DNA of 64,000 bases from Callorhinchus milii. Taxonomy: Eukaryota. The position numbers and the translations under genes were made by a program. The notes beneath the pieces were generated by a model. That model saw nothing but the letters and a program-made list of their open reading frames with translations, did no database searches and was not told the DNA's origin. Of the stretch, positions 11,136-24,700 are shown piece after piece (within the stretch, counting starts at the first letter, position 1; every line of letters starts with the position of its first letter). The stretch lies in NCBI RefSeq assembly GCF_018977255.1, contig NW_024704743.1:107262001-107326000 (forward strand), read 5' to 3'.

Positions 11136-11959
11136 AAAGTTCACAACAACCACAATAATCGATCTGTTTATAACTAAAAATAACTAAATTGCATGAAGGC
11201 AAAGAAGTGTTAACCTACCTCATCTTTATTGTGAAGCTCTTAGTTGTAGGTGTTACACTTTCATTCCTAACTTTCAGTTAAGGGCATTCAGTGTAAAGTA
11301 CTTATTGTAACATCTAGAATATAAAGCCTCCCGAGCATTGTCCAGTATTACAATATAGATTGAAGTTATATTTCAAACTATAATCAAACCACAATAGTGA
11401 TTTGTTACTTTGGGAATGGTTATTAACTTCTTTGAATTGTGTTCCAAAGCAGAAAATCTCAGACAGCTCCACATTATCAGCTATCATCACTTCTCTGTAT
11501 ATAAACCTTAAATATCATGCACCATTTCGGAAATCATGATTAATATCTTTAATACAGCCTGGAATGATTCTTTTTTATTTCAAATTTTCAATCATGTCAG
11601 GGACGGACAGGACAAATTTGGAGAAGACTGTTTAGTTTCAGAATGCTAACTGTTGTGTTTAACATTTCATTTGCCAAGTTTTAGTGAACTTTGAAACTGT
11701 CCAGATGAATCTCCACGGTCTTTTCCGGTTAATTACATTCCTATGTATGTTTTCAAACCTCTGGTTCATTCCTTGCATCCTGCTAACCAGCAAATAACGT
11801 CTAGAGCCAAGCTGTTATTTAGATGTCTGGGCTGAAGACATCTAAATAACATCAATACCACTCCTCATTTAACAAGCCATTACTGTAATTCATTACAGCG
11901 CAGTCAAACAATAAGGTTAACATAAATGAGCAGAAACATAAATTGTATTATTTCGCAAT

Positions 11960-13460
11960 TGTTTTCCTTTCCACACCCCTGTCCTGAAGCCATTTAGCTC
12001 CAATTTGTTTTTCTTCTGGGTACAGTGCCATGCATGCCAGCCACCATCTGATACTTTGCCAATTGCCCTTTATTCTTGCATGACTGTGACCACATTGTAC
12101 ATCGAACCCAAGACCAATAGTTTCCGAGCCCATGATCAACACAAGTGCATCTCCAGCAGGAGTTGTTGGATAGGGTAGGAAGCCTAGCTATGCCTTGGTG
12201 CTGAGGCCAATTGCAGTGCTCTTAACAACAACAACAAAATTACATTTGTAAAGCGCCTTTCACGTCGGGAGGACATCCCAAGGCCCTGGACAGACAGAGC
12301 TATGGACCCGAGCTGGGGTCGGGGTGGTTGGAGGGCAGGGGTGGAAGCAGGAAGATCAAAAGCACGGTGGAAGAGGAGGGTTTTGAGATGGGTCTTGAAG
12401 GTGGCAAGAGAGGGGACGAGATGGAGGAACTTGCGAGGTGGGGGACGTGAAGCAGGCCAGAGCCCGCTGAGTGGAGGGAGCAAGCAGGATGGTAGGGGGT
12501 TAGGAGATCGCAGAGGTAGGGGGGAGCAAGACTGTGGAGAACTTTGAAGGTGAGGACCAGGGTCTTGAACTATATTCTCTGTGTGATGGGAAGCCAGTGG
12601 AGTCGGGCGAGGATGAGGGTGATAGGGTTGCAGAGCCTAGTGCGGGAGAGGACACAGGCTGCAGAGTTCTGGATGATCTGCAGCTTATAGAAGGAGTGAG
12701 TTTGCAAAATCGAGCCTCGATGTAATGAAAGCATGCATGAGGATTTTGGCGGCCTGTGGTGTGAGACAGTGGCGGAGCCAGGCAATATTGCAGCGGTGGG
12801 GGAAGGCAGAGTGGGTCATGACACAGATATGGGGTAGAAAGGATAGTTGAGGGTCAAACAAGATCCCAAGGTTCCAGACTGGCTTAGCAAGAGTGTGCAA
12901 CCATGGATGGTGATGCTGTCAGCGCCTGAGGTGAGGAGACACTGACGGGAGCCAATCATGGGAACCTCGGTCTTGTTGATGTTCAACTGAAGAAAGTTAG
13001 CTCTCATCCAGGACTTGATGTCCGACAGACATTCAGTCAGGACAGCAGAGGTCCTGGAGTCAAGGGTGGAGGCAGAGAGGTAGAATTGGGTGTCATCCGC
13101 ACGCATGTGGAAGTTGACCCCATGTCTGTGGATGATATCACCAAGAGGGAGCATATAGATATTGAAGAGGAGGGGACCAAGGAAGAGCCCTGAGGAACGC
13201 CGCACGAGATGGTGCAGGGACTAGAGGAAAAGCCATCTGTGGAGATGAAGTGGAGGTGGTGTGAGAGGTACGATCTGAACCAGTCAAGGGACAGAGCTGT
13301 GAAGGTTGAGGTGAGAGGAGAGGTGGTGGATGAGGATAGAGTGGTCAACGGTGTTGAAAGCACCTAAATACTGTAGTGGTTGACACCAACTAACACAGAA
13401 CAAACGGGATTGAAGCTGCAATTTCTTTTTGTCTTACTTTCTTCCAGTGTGGCCCATAAA
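11960..13460 (-). mobile_element. AmnSINE2-like SINE split by an L2 insertion (12222-13362)
   Basis: 11960-12220 has ctgggtacagtgccatg...ctccagcaggag..ggatag...gctgaggccaattgcagtgc; homology resumes at about 13375 (caactaacacagaacaaacgggattgaa). Confidence 0.5.
12222..13362 (-). mobile_element. L2 LINE, 5'-truncated, frameshifted RT pseudogene
   Basis: ORF pieces DWFRSYLS..SCGVPQGS / [51 protein letters not shown] / NLGILFDPQLSF..HAFITSRLDFANSLL / LQIIQNSAA..LHWLPI; (TTG)n tail. Confidence 0.95.
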
Positions 13461-13869
13461 GAAAAATTTATCTCTAGTTAAATTGTATTCTCTTCATTTA
13501 GCTTTTTTTTCATATGGGTAATACTCAATATAGACCTTAATGTCATCCCGAAATGAAAGGTGTGATATAAATCCAATTTGTTGTTGTTGTATACACGCAG
13601 CACAATAATAGATACATAGCCCACCCCCCTCCCCCCAGCTCAGTATCCGCCCTGCCATTGGAAAGCTCTCCGAGACATTAATCTCTGTGATGGGCTCTAT
13701 ATAAATGCAAGTTGTTTTTGACTACATAGTGTATGTTTGTGGGAACCTTTCTATGGTTAGAGTTAAACTGGAAGTGAATCAGAGTTAAAATGCTTATATT
13801 AACACATCTCTTCACTTTTGTTATTTAAAATGTTTTTTTTGACTTCTAACAGATATGATGATTCCTGGA

Positions 13870-14300
13870 CTATTTCATTTCAAATTGGTTGATTGCCCAA
13901 AGAAGATATCACTCCAAAACTCCTACTCTTCTAGAAGATTGTTTTCTAGCAGAAACCAGTTGGTGTTTCCATGTGCAACCAGCCTTAGTTTGTTAGGTGT
14001 GAAGTATTTTCATAACAGTTGGGTCTTCAATAGGCATTTTTGCCCTGGGGTTAACCTGAATTGCCTTCATATAAGTTCAATGTTATTGTATCAAACAACA
14101 CAACAAGCCTCTGTGGAGGAAATCTGTGTGGCATCAAATGGCAATCATTTTAGTAGTCAGTTTCTCTTTTTCATCACTCTCTACAAGACTTCTGCCTCTT
14201 TCCTACTGAATTAGCACAGCAATGAAAACTCGCATCCCTTTTTTTAAAACACATACATGTTTTCCGGCCAGTTGCTTTCCAGAATTTTAACTCAGAAGAG
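13870..14300 (-). mobile_element. Possible ancient non-LTR RT remnant
   Basis: Minus-strand pieces VNPRAKMPI..VMKIL and NWFLLENNLLEE* resemble P.NYRPI..K / FL..NNLL..Q; stops and frameshifts present. Confidence 0.3.
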
Positions 14301-14824
14301 TGTTGCCTTTTCGTCCTACTCTTGGCCTGACTCCAATGGTTTCTTTTTACTGAAATCATTACATCCAAAGAATTATACCCTTTGCTTGCAGCGAAAGCTC
14401 ATGAAAAGCAATCTCACATATGTTGGTACTTTCCAATGACTAGCAGCCCTTAAGCATTTGTATGATTTTAACAGCTGTGGTAATTGTTGTGCACAAACTA
14501 CAAAGCATAAGATCGCAAGACACAAAAGTATCCAGGTACTTACATTTTATATTCTGAATGGGTTAAACTGTGGAATATATAGTTAACCATAACAGCAATA
14601 ACTGCATGTGTTCCTGGAATTAAATCAAGTATGCATTCATTTTGAATGATATGGAAGAGAAACAGCCAAAAAAAATAATTTCAGTGGATTTTATATAACC
14701 AGTTTTCTATTCTGTGAAACATTAAGACGGCGGAACAAATTTATTGCTGGTTTTACAAATGTTTCTTTATTAATAGATTCCAAGTTCCAGTGCCATATAA
14801 TTCCATTCTTTCACAAAAGCAAAC

Positions 14825-15195
14825 AAAGGCATTTTTATAGCATCTTATATGCCAAGATTACTGAAAGTGCCTTACAATATTTATTTTCAAGTAGTGTCTT
14901 TTGTTTGGCAAATGCAGCAGCAATTTTGTGCCAAAGAATTATGTGAAAGACTGTGGATCCTTGGCCAGGTCACTATTTTGAAATATTGTCATTGGATTTT
15001 TCAACATTCACCTGAGGACAGGTGAACAAGACTTTGGTTTAACATCTCACCCGCACCCAGTACTGACTGGAGTGTCAGCCCCTGGACTATGAGCTCAAGT
15101 CTCAATAATGGGGCTTGACCACACAATCTTAATAAAAAAATCCTTGCATCATCTTGTGCCTCAAATGCAAGAGTACTACCAACTAGTATTGGACT
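14825..15195 (-). mobile_element. Deu-domain SINE (degraded, near full length)
   Basis: tttggtttaacatctcaccc...cagtactgactggagtgtcagccc...gagctcaagtctc...ggggcttgac...gcaagagtactaccaact is the reverse of the head/core at 2855-3060. Confidence 0.7.
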
Positions 15196-15329
15196 AGTAA
15201 TTGACTGACAGTCAAACTGACAGTCGGATGCATGAAAAGATTTCTATTTTAGCGATTGGTGTAAGAAAAAAACTCTTGTGTTCAAACAACGTTCTGAAAG
15301 TACTCAGACATTCCCTTAAACGTAGACAT

Positions 15330-15530
15330 TCCCCATTCTCTGGAATTCCATCCCAGAGTCTCTCCTACACATTCCCTCTTTCAAATCGTGTCTCAAAACT
15401 CACTTTCAGTCCTCTTTTCCCTCCCCAACTTCTCATATCCCACCCCAGCTCAGGGGCCCATCCAACACTGTGAAGCACTTTGAGACATCATCAAAGGTGT
15501 GTGGCACTTTATGAATGCAAATTGAATTTT
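15330..15530 (+). mobile_element. L2 LINE 3' fragment (old)
   Basis: ctctggaattccatcccagagtctctcc...ttcaaatcgtgtctcaaaactc...gcactttgagacatc tail. Confidence 0.7.
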
Positions 15531-16264
15531 TTGTAAACTAACAAACCATCATATGTTCCTTGCTTTGTTATTGCTTGAAAAACACATTAATCCCCCATCA
15601 TTTAACTACACTTATGCATCCTATATAGATAATTCCAAGACAGTCTTTGTTCTTCTTAAACAGAGGAGAGCAAATTCTGTGTGGATAAAAAGAATAAGTG
15701 TTCAGGTCTAGACTCCATATCCAAAGGTTAAGGAGCAATGCACACTCTCCTTTTTTCTCCAGTTCCATTGAGAAACAATTACAGGGTCATTAATAGGTTT
15801 TGTTTAGTTTGCTAAGTCAGGAAGTCAATAATAAACAAGTTACAACAAATAACAGCGTTATTTAGGATCCTTTTGTTTACTTCTTTCTTTCTGTTGATTT
15901 ATTTTGGAACGTATTCAACGAATGAATCAATTTGCCCATATTGTGCAGGACTGCTGCATAATTTGGAGATGCTGTGCTTCAGATGAGATGTTCAACTTCT
16001 TAAACCCTACCAAACTGTCCAATCCCTGCTTCCCGTCTTCTGCCCAACTTCATTGAGGTACTACTAGGTGGAGTACTAGCAGAAACCACTGAGACAAATA
16101 GTAGTTGAATTTATTCGTGAAGGGGCCAGGTCTGTATACTGTGCTTAAAGGAAACATTAATAAAACCTCATGAGAGTTGCTTCTTGGTGTCTCAATGTTA
16201 CTCTTAAGGCTCCAAGATGATGCCCCATGTGAAGGGCACTATATAAATGCAAGTTGTTGTTAAT

Positions 16265-16635
16265 GAGCTACAGGGACTATCTCTTTCCTGTTCTGAGTTG
16301 GCTAATTTCTGCCAGGGCAGTGGTAGGAGCACAGTAATTGTTTCAATTGCAGTACAATACAAAATAGAATACAAAAGTACATTTGTATAGCGCCTTTCAC
16401 ACCGGGAGGACGTCCCAAGGCGCAGTAGTATGAATATGGGGAAAGGACGGGGTCAGGTCAGATCTGTTCCCTTCCCCCAAAATAAGTTGTAACTTTTTTT
16501 AAAAAAGTTAAATCAGATAGTCTGTCAACATTCACTATCCAGGTTCACACTGGAAAATAACTGCATGGGTGAAATATTGCAGGAGCATATAATCATACCC
16601 CATGCGTCACTGTTTTTAGCATAAAAGGGGAGAAA
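16265..16635 (+). mobile_element. AmnSINE2-like SINE interrupted by an L2 stub (16352-16423, minus)
   Basis: ctgagttggctaatttctgccagggcagtggtagg...; after the stub atagtctgtcaacattcactatccaggttcacac. Confidence 0.55.
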
Positions 16636-16783
16636 GAAACAACTGCATTCAGGTGACGATGATAGTATTCAGTATCACAATATGAAAGCATGGTTAATGC
16701 AGCAACAATGTGCCTGTCAACATGCGTGCAGAACTATTTGGGCAGAAGTACGCCTTCAGACACATTCAGACACTCTCAGAGAT

Positions 16784-16930
16784 GAACAACAACAACTACA
16801 AATTACATTTGTATAGCGCCTTTCACGTCAGGAGGACGTCTCAAGGCACTGGACAGTCAGGGATCCGCCTCCGAGGTGGAGGAGAGGTGGAGGGCGGGGC
16901 GGGTGGGGGTAGGAGGGTGACCAAAGACAC
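16784..16930 (-). mobile_element. Young L2 3' stub
   Basis: aacaacaacaactacaaattacatttgtatagcgcctttcacgtcaggaggacgtctcaaggcactggacag. Confidence 0.85.
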
Positions 16931-18433
16931 CGATGTCTCCATGCTTGCTTCAATCAGCAGCAGCCAAGTCAAGATGCAAGTGAGTATGATCAGTGGGCAC
17001 AGGAGCAAGCATCTTCCAATGAGCCTCTGATCAAAGCACAAAGTCTTCTACATAACGACTTGCTGAGTAATTTAAATGTTGATGAGAGAGCAGGGAATTA
17101 AAAGCTCTGGAAGCATGGATACCCATGGAGGAAGGATATCCCAGGACAAATGCTAGTGGATCCAGACAATGAGGGAGTTACATTCTCCTTTTTGCTCACA
17201 TCATTTAAATGAAGACCTTCTGTGCACCATGAGAGGTATTTGTCTTACACGCTTGACAGCAGAGCAAAGCTTACAGCTCTGTTCCTTACAACTTGGAAGA
17301 AGACAAAGGTAAAATTGTCGGAAGAGTTATACACAATCTGTAGGAAGGGGGTCCCACAGTATAATTTGAAAAGTGTCCAAATTGACAGCTCCTCTCCTGT
17401 GGAATTGTTTGTTATAAAGGAAATATCTTTGGAATGTAAAGGAAAATGATTTGAAAAATAATGGAAGTTTATTCACGAGCAAGGTAATGTATTCAAAATA
17501 AATTATAAGGTTCTTTAAAGTGTAACAGATGTTTGATAGCAACAATCATTCACTGCATTCATAGCCCAGCTGCATCAAGCAAGTTAAATTGGTCTTTGCT
17601 CTTTTAAACCCTTAAGGCATGTATTGCATAATCCATCACCATAGGTATAATTTAATCCTAATACCAAGGTTCAATGTACATTTAAAATGCACCTCTGTAC
17701 TAATACGGTACTGAAATTACACTTGCTATTAAACATCTTGAACTGTGGAGTGGTTCAGTTAAAGGAAATGATAATAACTGTGGCAAATAGATGTCCAGAA
17801 TTTGAAAAGAAATAGAAACAGGTACAGGTACACTTTTCAGGTCATATTCATACAGGATTGGATTTTAAAACCCTCGGGCTGCAATCTTGAATGAAATTGG
17901 CCAAAATGCATTGTACTTACATGCCATAAAACAGTTTTCACTATTGCCGGCAATTTACCGCGTACCTTCATCTGGCAATAACGCTCAGTGAGAGGTGCCA
18001 GATTTTTGTGCAGCAACTCTTTGTGCTATTGCAATATAATGCCACAGGGTAGATATTTGACCAGTAGCAATAACTGTTGACCTATATAATAATGCTCTCA
18101 ATGTTTGCGTTACTCCTGGTAGAATCTAGTCAACTTATATCAACTCTGTAGTCCAACAGTAGGTTTTTATTCATTCATTCTTTAGCTCTCTGATCAATTT
18201 TACACCAAAATTGTATTTCTGTTCTGCAGAAAATAGGATATTTTTTGTAAGAACATGTTTTATGGTACGTGGATCAAATTTCTTTACATTGTTCTTCTGG
18301 ATCTGTTACTGTGAGACTTGTTTATCACCAAATTCTTTTAGCATAATCCAATTTGAGGATTCTGAAACCATTTCCCAGTCGTTTCTGAAACCATTTCTAT
18401 AAATATCAGCCCATTTTATACTGCGAGAGAATA

Positions 18434-19224
18434 AAATCATAGAATCGTAGGATTATACTGCACAGGAGGCCATTCGGCCCATCTTTGAAGAGAGCTATCC
18501 AAATCAATCCCACTCCCCCACTCTCTCCCCATAGCCCTACAAACTTGTCCTCCCCAAATAATTATCTACTTCTCTTTTAAAAGTTGTTATCGAATCGGCT
18601 TCCACCACCCTTTCAGGCAATGCATTCCAAATCCAAACAACTCGCTGCGTGAAAAAAATACTCCTCACCTCCCCTCTGTTTCTTTTAACATCTATTTTAA
18701 AATCGGTGTCCTCGGGTTACCGACCCACCCGCCAGTGGAAATAGGTTCTCCTTGTTCATCCTATCGAATTCCCTCATAATTTTGAAAACTTCTATTAAGT
18801 CTCCTCTTAACCTTGTCTGCTCCAAGGAGAATAATCCTCGCTTCTCTAGCCTCTCCTGATAACTGAAGTCCCTCGTTCCTGGTACCAACCTGGTAAATCT
18901 CCTTTGCACCCTCTCCAATGCCTTGACATCCTTCCTAAAGTGTGGTGCCCAGAACTGAACACAGTACTCTAGCTGAGGCTTAACCAGTGTTTTATAAAGG
19001 TTTATCATAACTTCCTGACTTTTGTGTCCTATGCCCCTATTTATAAAGCCTCGTATCCCATATGCTTTTTTAACAGCTTTATCTACTTGTGCTGCGACCT
19101 TCAAAGATTTACTTATATGAACCCCCAGGTCTCTCTATTCCTTCACCCTCTTTAAGATTATACCATCAGCCTCGTTCTTCCTCCCAAAATGCATCACTTT
19201 GCATTTCTCCACATTAAACTTCAT
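18434..19224 (-). mobile_element. CR1 LINE, 5'-truncated (ORF2 C-terminus and 3' UTR)
   Basis: ORF 18697-19104 reads KVAAQVDKAVKKAYG..YKTLVKPQLEYCVQFWAPHFRKDVKALERVQRRFTR..RLRGDLIEVFKIM..TRGH; tail is ATTCTATG-like. Confidence 0.95.
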
Positions 19225-21109
19225 GTGGATAGGTATCATACATATCAGTTTAGTTAAGTCGCACTAAGCCTGAAAGTAACATGCACACATTTCAACTTGG
19301 TACAAATTACTCTATTGTTACGTTTACAATTTTCCTGTAAAACTATTAGTGCAAATATTTCAATGAATGTTCCCGTTCTACTCAATATGGTTTGAAACAT
19401 CTGTATATTCATTTTACTTTATATGTCCTTTAATATCACACATTTATTCGGCAAAACTAATTTGCTAAAAAGTGCAATACACCCAATTTTAAACATGAAA
19501 CACTTGTTGGTAAAGATGTGCCATTAAGTACAGTACTAAGATGTGAAGAGTGATAATACAGTAAAATACTTAAATATTGACTCGAATAGAGAGCTAAAGT
19601 GCTCGAATATTAGCCTGGGGGTTGCTTAAATGACGGTATGTGCTATAATGCATGAAGCCAGAGGCTAAGAGCATTGCTGCATACCAAGGTCACTTCTGTA
19701 AAATGAGGGGTGACATGGTTTACCTGCTACAGCATGAAACATACTTTTTATAACATCTGTGAACCAAATTGCTTTTAATAATGAAAAATGTTTTCACCGT
19801 TATGGGCAGGTTATATCCTCTTATTTGGATTGCAAATAGCAGGCAACAGTCAAAAATACATTTGCACACGCGAGAGGTCTTGAGTCAATCTCGTTTAATG
19901 CTTTGGAATAAGGATGTAATAAATTTTATACACAGATTCGTATTTCATTTCAAAATTCCTATTTAGAAATGTTACATTCATCATTATTCCAGGGATATAT
20001 ATTCCAATTAAAATAAATTGCTGGGAATGATCATTTCTGTTCAGGTGTGCAATGTTAAAGATGCATCTCATGATCAACTAACAATTAAAATCCTGGTAAT
20101 AAGCAGGTTATTTGTAAAGGTAATATAATTGCCTTTTAAGATCATGCCAGCAAAGTGCTGTAGATACGTGATTCCTCATAAGAAACTGCTAATTGCAATG
20201 TTGAATATTTGCATCTAAAATCATCCAAATATGACATTTGCTTAAGATATATCTCATTAATCTAAAGCATGGTTTAAATGCTTTGTTTGCAAATTATAAT
20301 TATTTTCATTACACCAGTTACCGATAGTGATGCTTATTTGCAATGCATCCTTTTGAATTTGTTTAATTACATCTTGAAACATAGCGGAGAAGATTAATTA
20401 ACCCACCTGGCTTCCTGGCATGAAGTCTTGGCTCGGATCTGTCATACTCATGTACATGTTTTCACCATCAAACTGCGAATGGAATAATAAACATTCAGAA
20501 TGCATCCAAACTTACAGACTGATCATAAAATATTTTGCAATCAAAGATGAATTTTGTTGAAAAGGTTTATCATTGATTTTACATTGCTTGTCTTTGATGT
20601 GTTTGTTCCCATCCTTATTGACCCTGGATGTCAGTGATTTGAGGTAATTAGTGTGCTAGTAATTAGATCAGGCAGGCAAGAAATGAATGGTTTCCTTTCA
20701 TCTGCAATCTGTCATGAAACAAAATGGCTCATCCTGTGCAGTGTGCACACACATATTGCTATTAGTCTTAATGAATTGCTAAATCAATCGCAGTGTTTCT
20801 GGCAGGATAACAGAATGATGAAGAGTACCTGGAGTGGACCCTGATATTGCTCCAGCTCTCAGTCACAATTTGGCTGGAGTAAACACATGTACATTCAACG
20901 GTGAAAAGTAGTACAATGTTTGAACATTTTCATGTTTTAGACAGCTTTCACACATAAAATTTCCATTTAAAAATCATGTAAGTCTCATCTGAAGCCTTTT
21001 AGCAGGAATTATAGTCTTTTATATGGCTCTAACGTCACTTTTATAACATTGAACTCGCTTTTATAACAATGTTTCTACCAACATTGATTCAACCAGTTTT
21101 TTCCCTCGA

Positions 21110-21775
21110 TAATTTTCTCTTCTCTCTCCTCTTCCGAAAACCCCCCACCCCCTACCACTCCCCTCCCCCTTATTTTTGCTAATTTGACCTTATTCCTGGG
21201 TGAAGTTCTAAGAGTACCAGCCACCTGCTCAAGTGACCATCGTTCATGTGGGTGACTTGACCATGGGTGGCAAGACTATTCAACTGTGAGGGGAAATCAC
21301 AGCCAAGCCTGATCCTGTTCCTACACAGAGCCCACACATGCAGACCTCCAGAAGGATCAATGATAGCACCCAGAGTCCCAAAATCCCACTTAGTCTTAGC
21401 TTGTAAGACAACTTAATCCCAAAAAATTAAATTGTGCAGAATTGTGGAAAATCCTTCAATTTGGAAGTTGGCTCTTTTTATGAAATGCCGAAAACCTGCT
21501 TCCAAATATAAGACTCAAAGTAAAAATGTTCCATAATTTTGCCCAATCTTAAATATTAAGACAAAATGGTTTTACAAGCTAAAGCTAAAGTGAAAATTTG
21601 TGCCTCAGGAGTGGGATCCCTGACTGGTTTCTTCACCTAACCTAGGAATGAGGCTAACTGTTGCAATTATGCCCCAAGTGAGATCAACTAATATAGTACA
21701 GAGCAGTCATCAAACCTGAATCCGAGGGCTTGTAGGGGCCCAAATGCTGATTGGATAAACTCATCGAGCCATTAA
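21110..21775 (-). mobile_element. AmnSINE2-like SINE split by a palindromic insertion (21371-21604)
   Basis: caagtgaccatcgttcatgtg...atcacagccaagcctgatcctgttcc before the insertion; tcaggagtgggatccctgactgg...tgagatcaactaa after it. Confidence 0.6.
21371..21604. mobile_element. Palindromic MITE-like insertion
   Basis: Nested inverted blocks: cacttagtcttagcttgtaagac / gttttacaagctaaagctaaagtg; tgcagaattgtggaaaat / atgttccataattttgc; atttggaag / cttccaaat. Confidence 0.7.
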
Positions 21776-24700
21776 TTGAGCAAAAACATAGTGTTGCGAA
21801 ATGCAGTGCAATATACTGGCCAACCCTCAGATAACTCGTATCTCGGAAACAAAATAATCGAAACGTCATGTTAAAATGGGTCTGCAAAAAAAAAAGGCTA
21901 CCAGTTCTGCTTCCGGGTTATCAGGTTGCTGCTGACTTCACTTACTGCGTGCTATGCACATTGCGTTATACACAATAAGTACTATTGAGGCATGTCCTTC
22001 ACAAAGTGAGGTGACTGGCACTTCCTTTGCATGTGTATAGTATTCCAATGAAAGTACTGTATTATTGTCATTTTTATTTAAACTCAATGACAATTTTTGT
22101 TGACTTAGCACAATGAAAGCGGAAACAAAATCTATATGCCTTCATTGTGTAGAGCTTCTTTCTTGAAATAAACACCTAATTTGAATTGGAACGATTTAAC
22201 AAATGCAGCAAAACCCCTTAGAGAAAATTAATGTGCAACAAAATCATGTAGGCCTCAGTTCACTAAGATGAAAGCTGCGAAGGTTTTAACTCATTGCTAG
22301 AAATGGAGTAATGGCAACAGTTATAAATTACATTAATTTTTTGGTGAACCCCACCGCACCCTATCATCAAAATAGGACAGGAAAGAAATAATGTTATAAA
22401 GACAACAACAGCTTGCATTTATAGAGCATGCTTCACATAGCATAGTGTCTCAGAGTGCTTAAAAGGTATACAGAAAACACTCTTTCCCTGGCATAGTTAA
22501 ACCCTATTCATTGTCGGCAAATAAACAGTCACTTAATTTCACCAGAAAATTTTGTGAGGCGCTCTGGGACATCCTCTTGATGTGAAAGGGACTATAGTAA
22601 ATGCAAGGATTAGGTTTACATCTACACTGAGTGGGGATTGCAACCTTCAGACGTCATTAACACACGACTAAAATAGAAAACATCTTTGCGACCATGTTGA
22701 CAGTAGTGTGTGTACGTTGAGTTTTAGGTGTTAAATTAGGACACCTTTGTGTGAGTCAGATATCTAGTGCATAAATAATTATCCATGAATAAAAATGTTA
22801 AATCAAGCTTAATTTACTGCTGTGAAGGGAAGAGAGGGAGAAAGAGAGGAGAAATTTGTCACTATTATTGTATTCAATTCATCTGAACCTTGAGTTCATT
22901 ATTGTCACCACTACTACCACTAGATGTGAGGGGTGGGTAAGGTAAAAATGCAAATATTTTGGTAATCGCAAAAAAATGTTTTTAGAAATAGCACAAACTC
23001 GATGTGAGCTTCAACCATGTAAAAAGTGTTATTTGAATTTAATATTGTTGCCTCTTAAACTCAATACAATTTGTTAAACTAAAATATGAATGGGATGAAA
23101 ACTGGAATGGTTTCTTACCATGTTCACATGTGATACCACATTGGATCTAATAAGAGACATTACAATTTTTACTCCAATGTCACCCAATCTTTGTTACACA
23201 AGATTAGCAGGTGTCAATTTCCTTGTACACATTAGACAATACCTTGTGAGAGTAGGAACAGCTGAGGCAGTATAAATGCAGTCAAATTCATTTGCAAGTC
23301 GAAGAGAATTAAAGATTACAAGATAATATATATTTGTAGGTTGTGGAGTGGTATTGTGTAATACTGCTCTTTTGCTTTACAGACATTTTAAGATCAGGGT
23401 AGAGTTACAAAAATTAGGGACTATGAAACACCTGTGCTAATTTAACAACATTGTACATGAGGATTGGATAGAACAAATATTTAACTCCAGAAAAATAATA
23501 ATTTCTGAATGTAAGTTGTAAAGAGTAAAATAATGAACTGCTCCCCTAAGCCTACTAATAATATGCAAATTTGAGCAAAATACCAAGAACAAGTACTGTA
23601 TTAAGAAACAAATGTTTTAAGATTTCTTTCCGATGCATCTGAAGGGAACAAATGAAAGCAAATGCGCCATAACAGTCTAACCTACCTAAAGGAAATGCTT
23701 AATGTTCTTTCAGCGCGTAATCTATGGGAACAGCAAGATGTACACAATCAATACACTCCGTCAACTTTAAACATTAACCACTGAACAGACTCCTTAAGCC
23801 AGCAAAAGCCAAGTACATGATGGAGACGCTGGAATTATTGTTGAAACTACATGTGCTTGACAGCTGTGGCTGTGCTTTGCAATGATAAAATAAACACTGA
23901 GCAACATCCTCAGGCTATCTCCAACTCCACACAGTCCACACTATCAGTAGCCCACAGCACTGCTGACAAATTATACTCTGTTTGTGGCTTTCTAAGTTTC
24001 CTTCATATAGAAATAACTAAAAAAAAAATTTGTATTTACAGTCAAACTTCGCAAAGTTCTGTCCCTCTCTGAAGAGTACCAAATACAAGAGATAAAGTTT
24101 GTCTTAATAGCTAGGAACTCGCTGAATACTCAACATGTCTGTGAAGTCGGCAAGCTAATCCCATAAATCCATTATGAATTGTCTAAACAGCATTTCAATT
24201 TGCTATAATTAATCTTTTAATTAATCATTGTGTGATCGTAGGATTATTTTGTACCTCAAAAAAAGTGTTTTGCTGGAGAAAATCTCTATCCAACTCAACA
24301 CTGTATACTTCCTAACAGCTAAGATCTACATCATAGTTTACCTTTCTCTGAGCATTTTCTTAACATATGTTGGACAATCTTTTCTTATATTTGATTAAAC
24401 AAATTTCACCGACATTCTAAACTGGATTTATATACTTTGCAAAAAAGATCAAGTTTCAAATAACCATTGACGAAATCCATTTTTTATAAATTTACACTTA
24501 TATAGCACCTTTCATGTCAGGAGGACATCCCAAGGTGCTTAATAGTCCTGGCTAAAGGGAATAAGGGGGGGAGGGGAAAAATGACCAAATGTACAGTCAA
24601 AGATGTAGGTCTTGAGATGGATTTTATAATACCATCAAATTGTGCTGTCATGGCTGCTGTTGAATGCAGTTATCCGAAGTGTGGGAAGGTTATATTGAGA

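Noticed and set aside
13830..14214. Plus-strand exon/119-aa ORF after ttctaacag
   Set aside because: No recognisable protein; the opposite strand looks more like a decayed RT.
21684..21895. Minus-strand exon after a ttttttttttgcag acceptor
   Set aside because: Only one open frame, peptide unrecognised, runs into a SINE, and no convincing donor.
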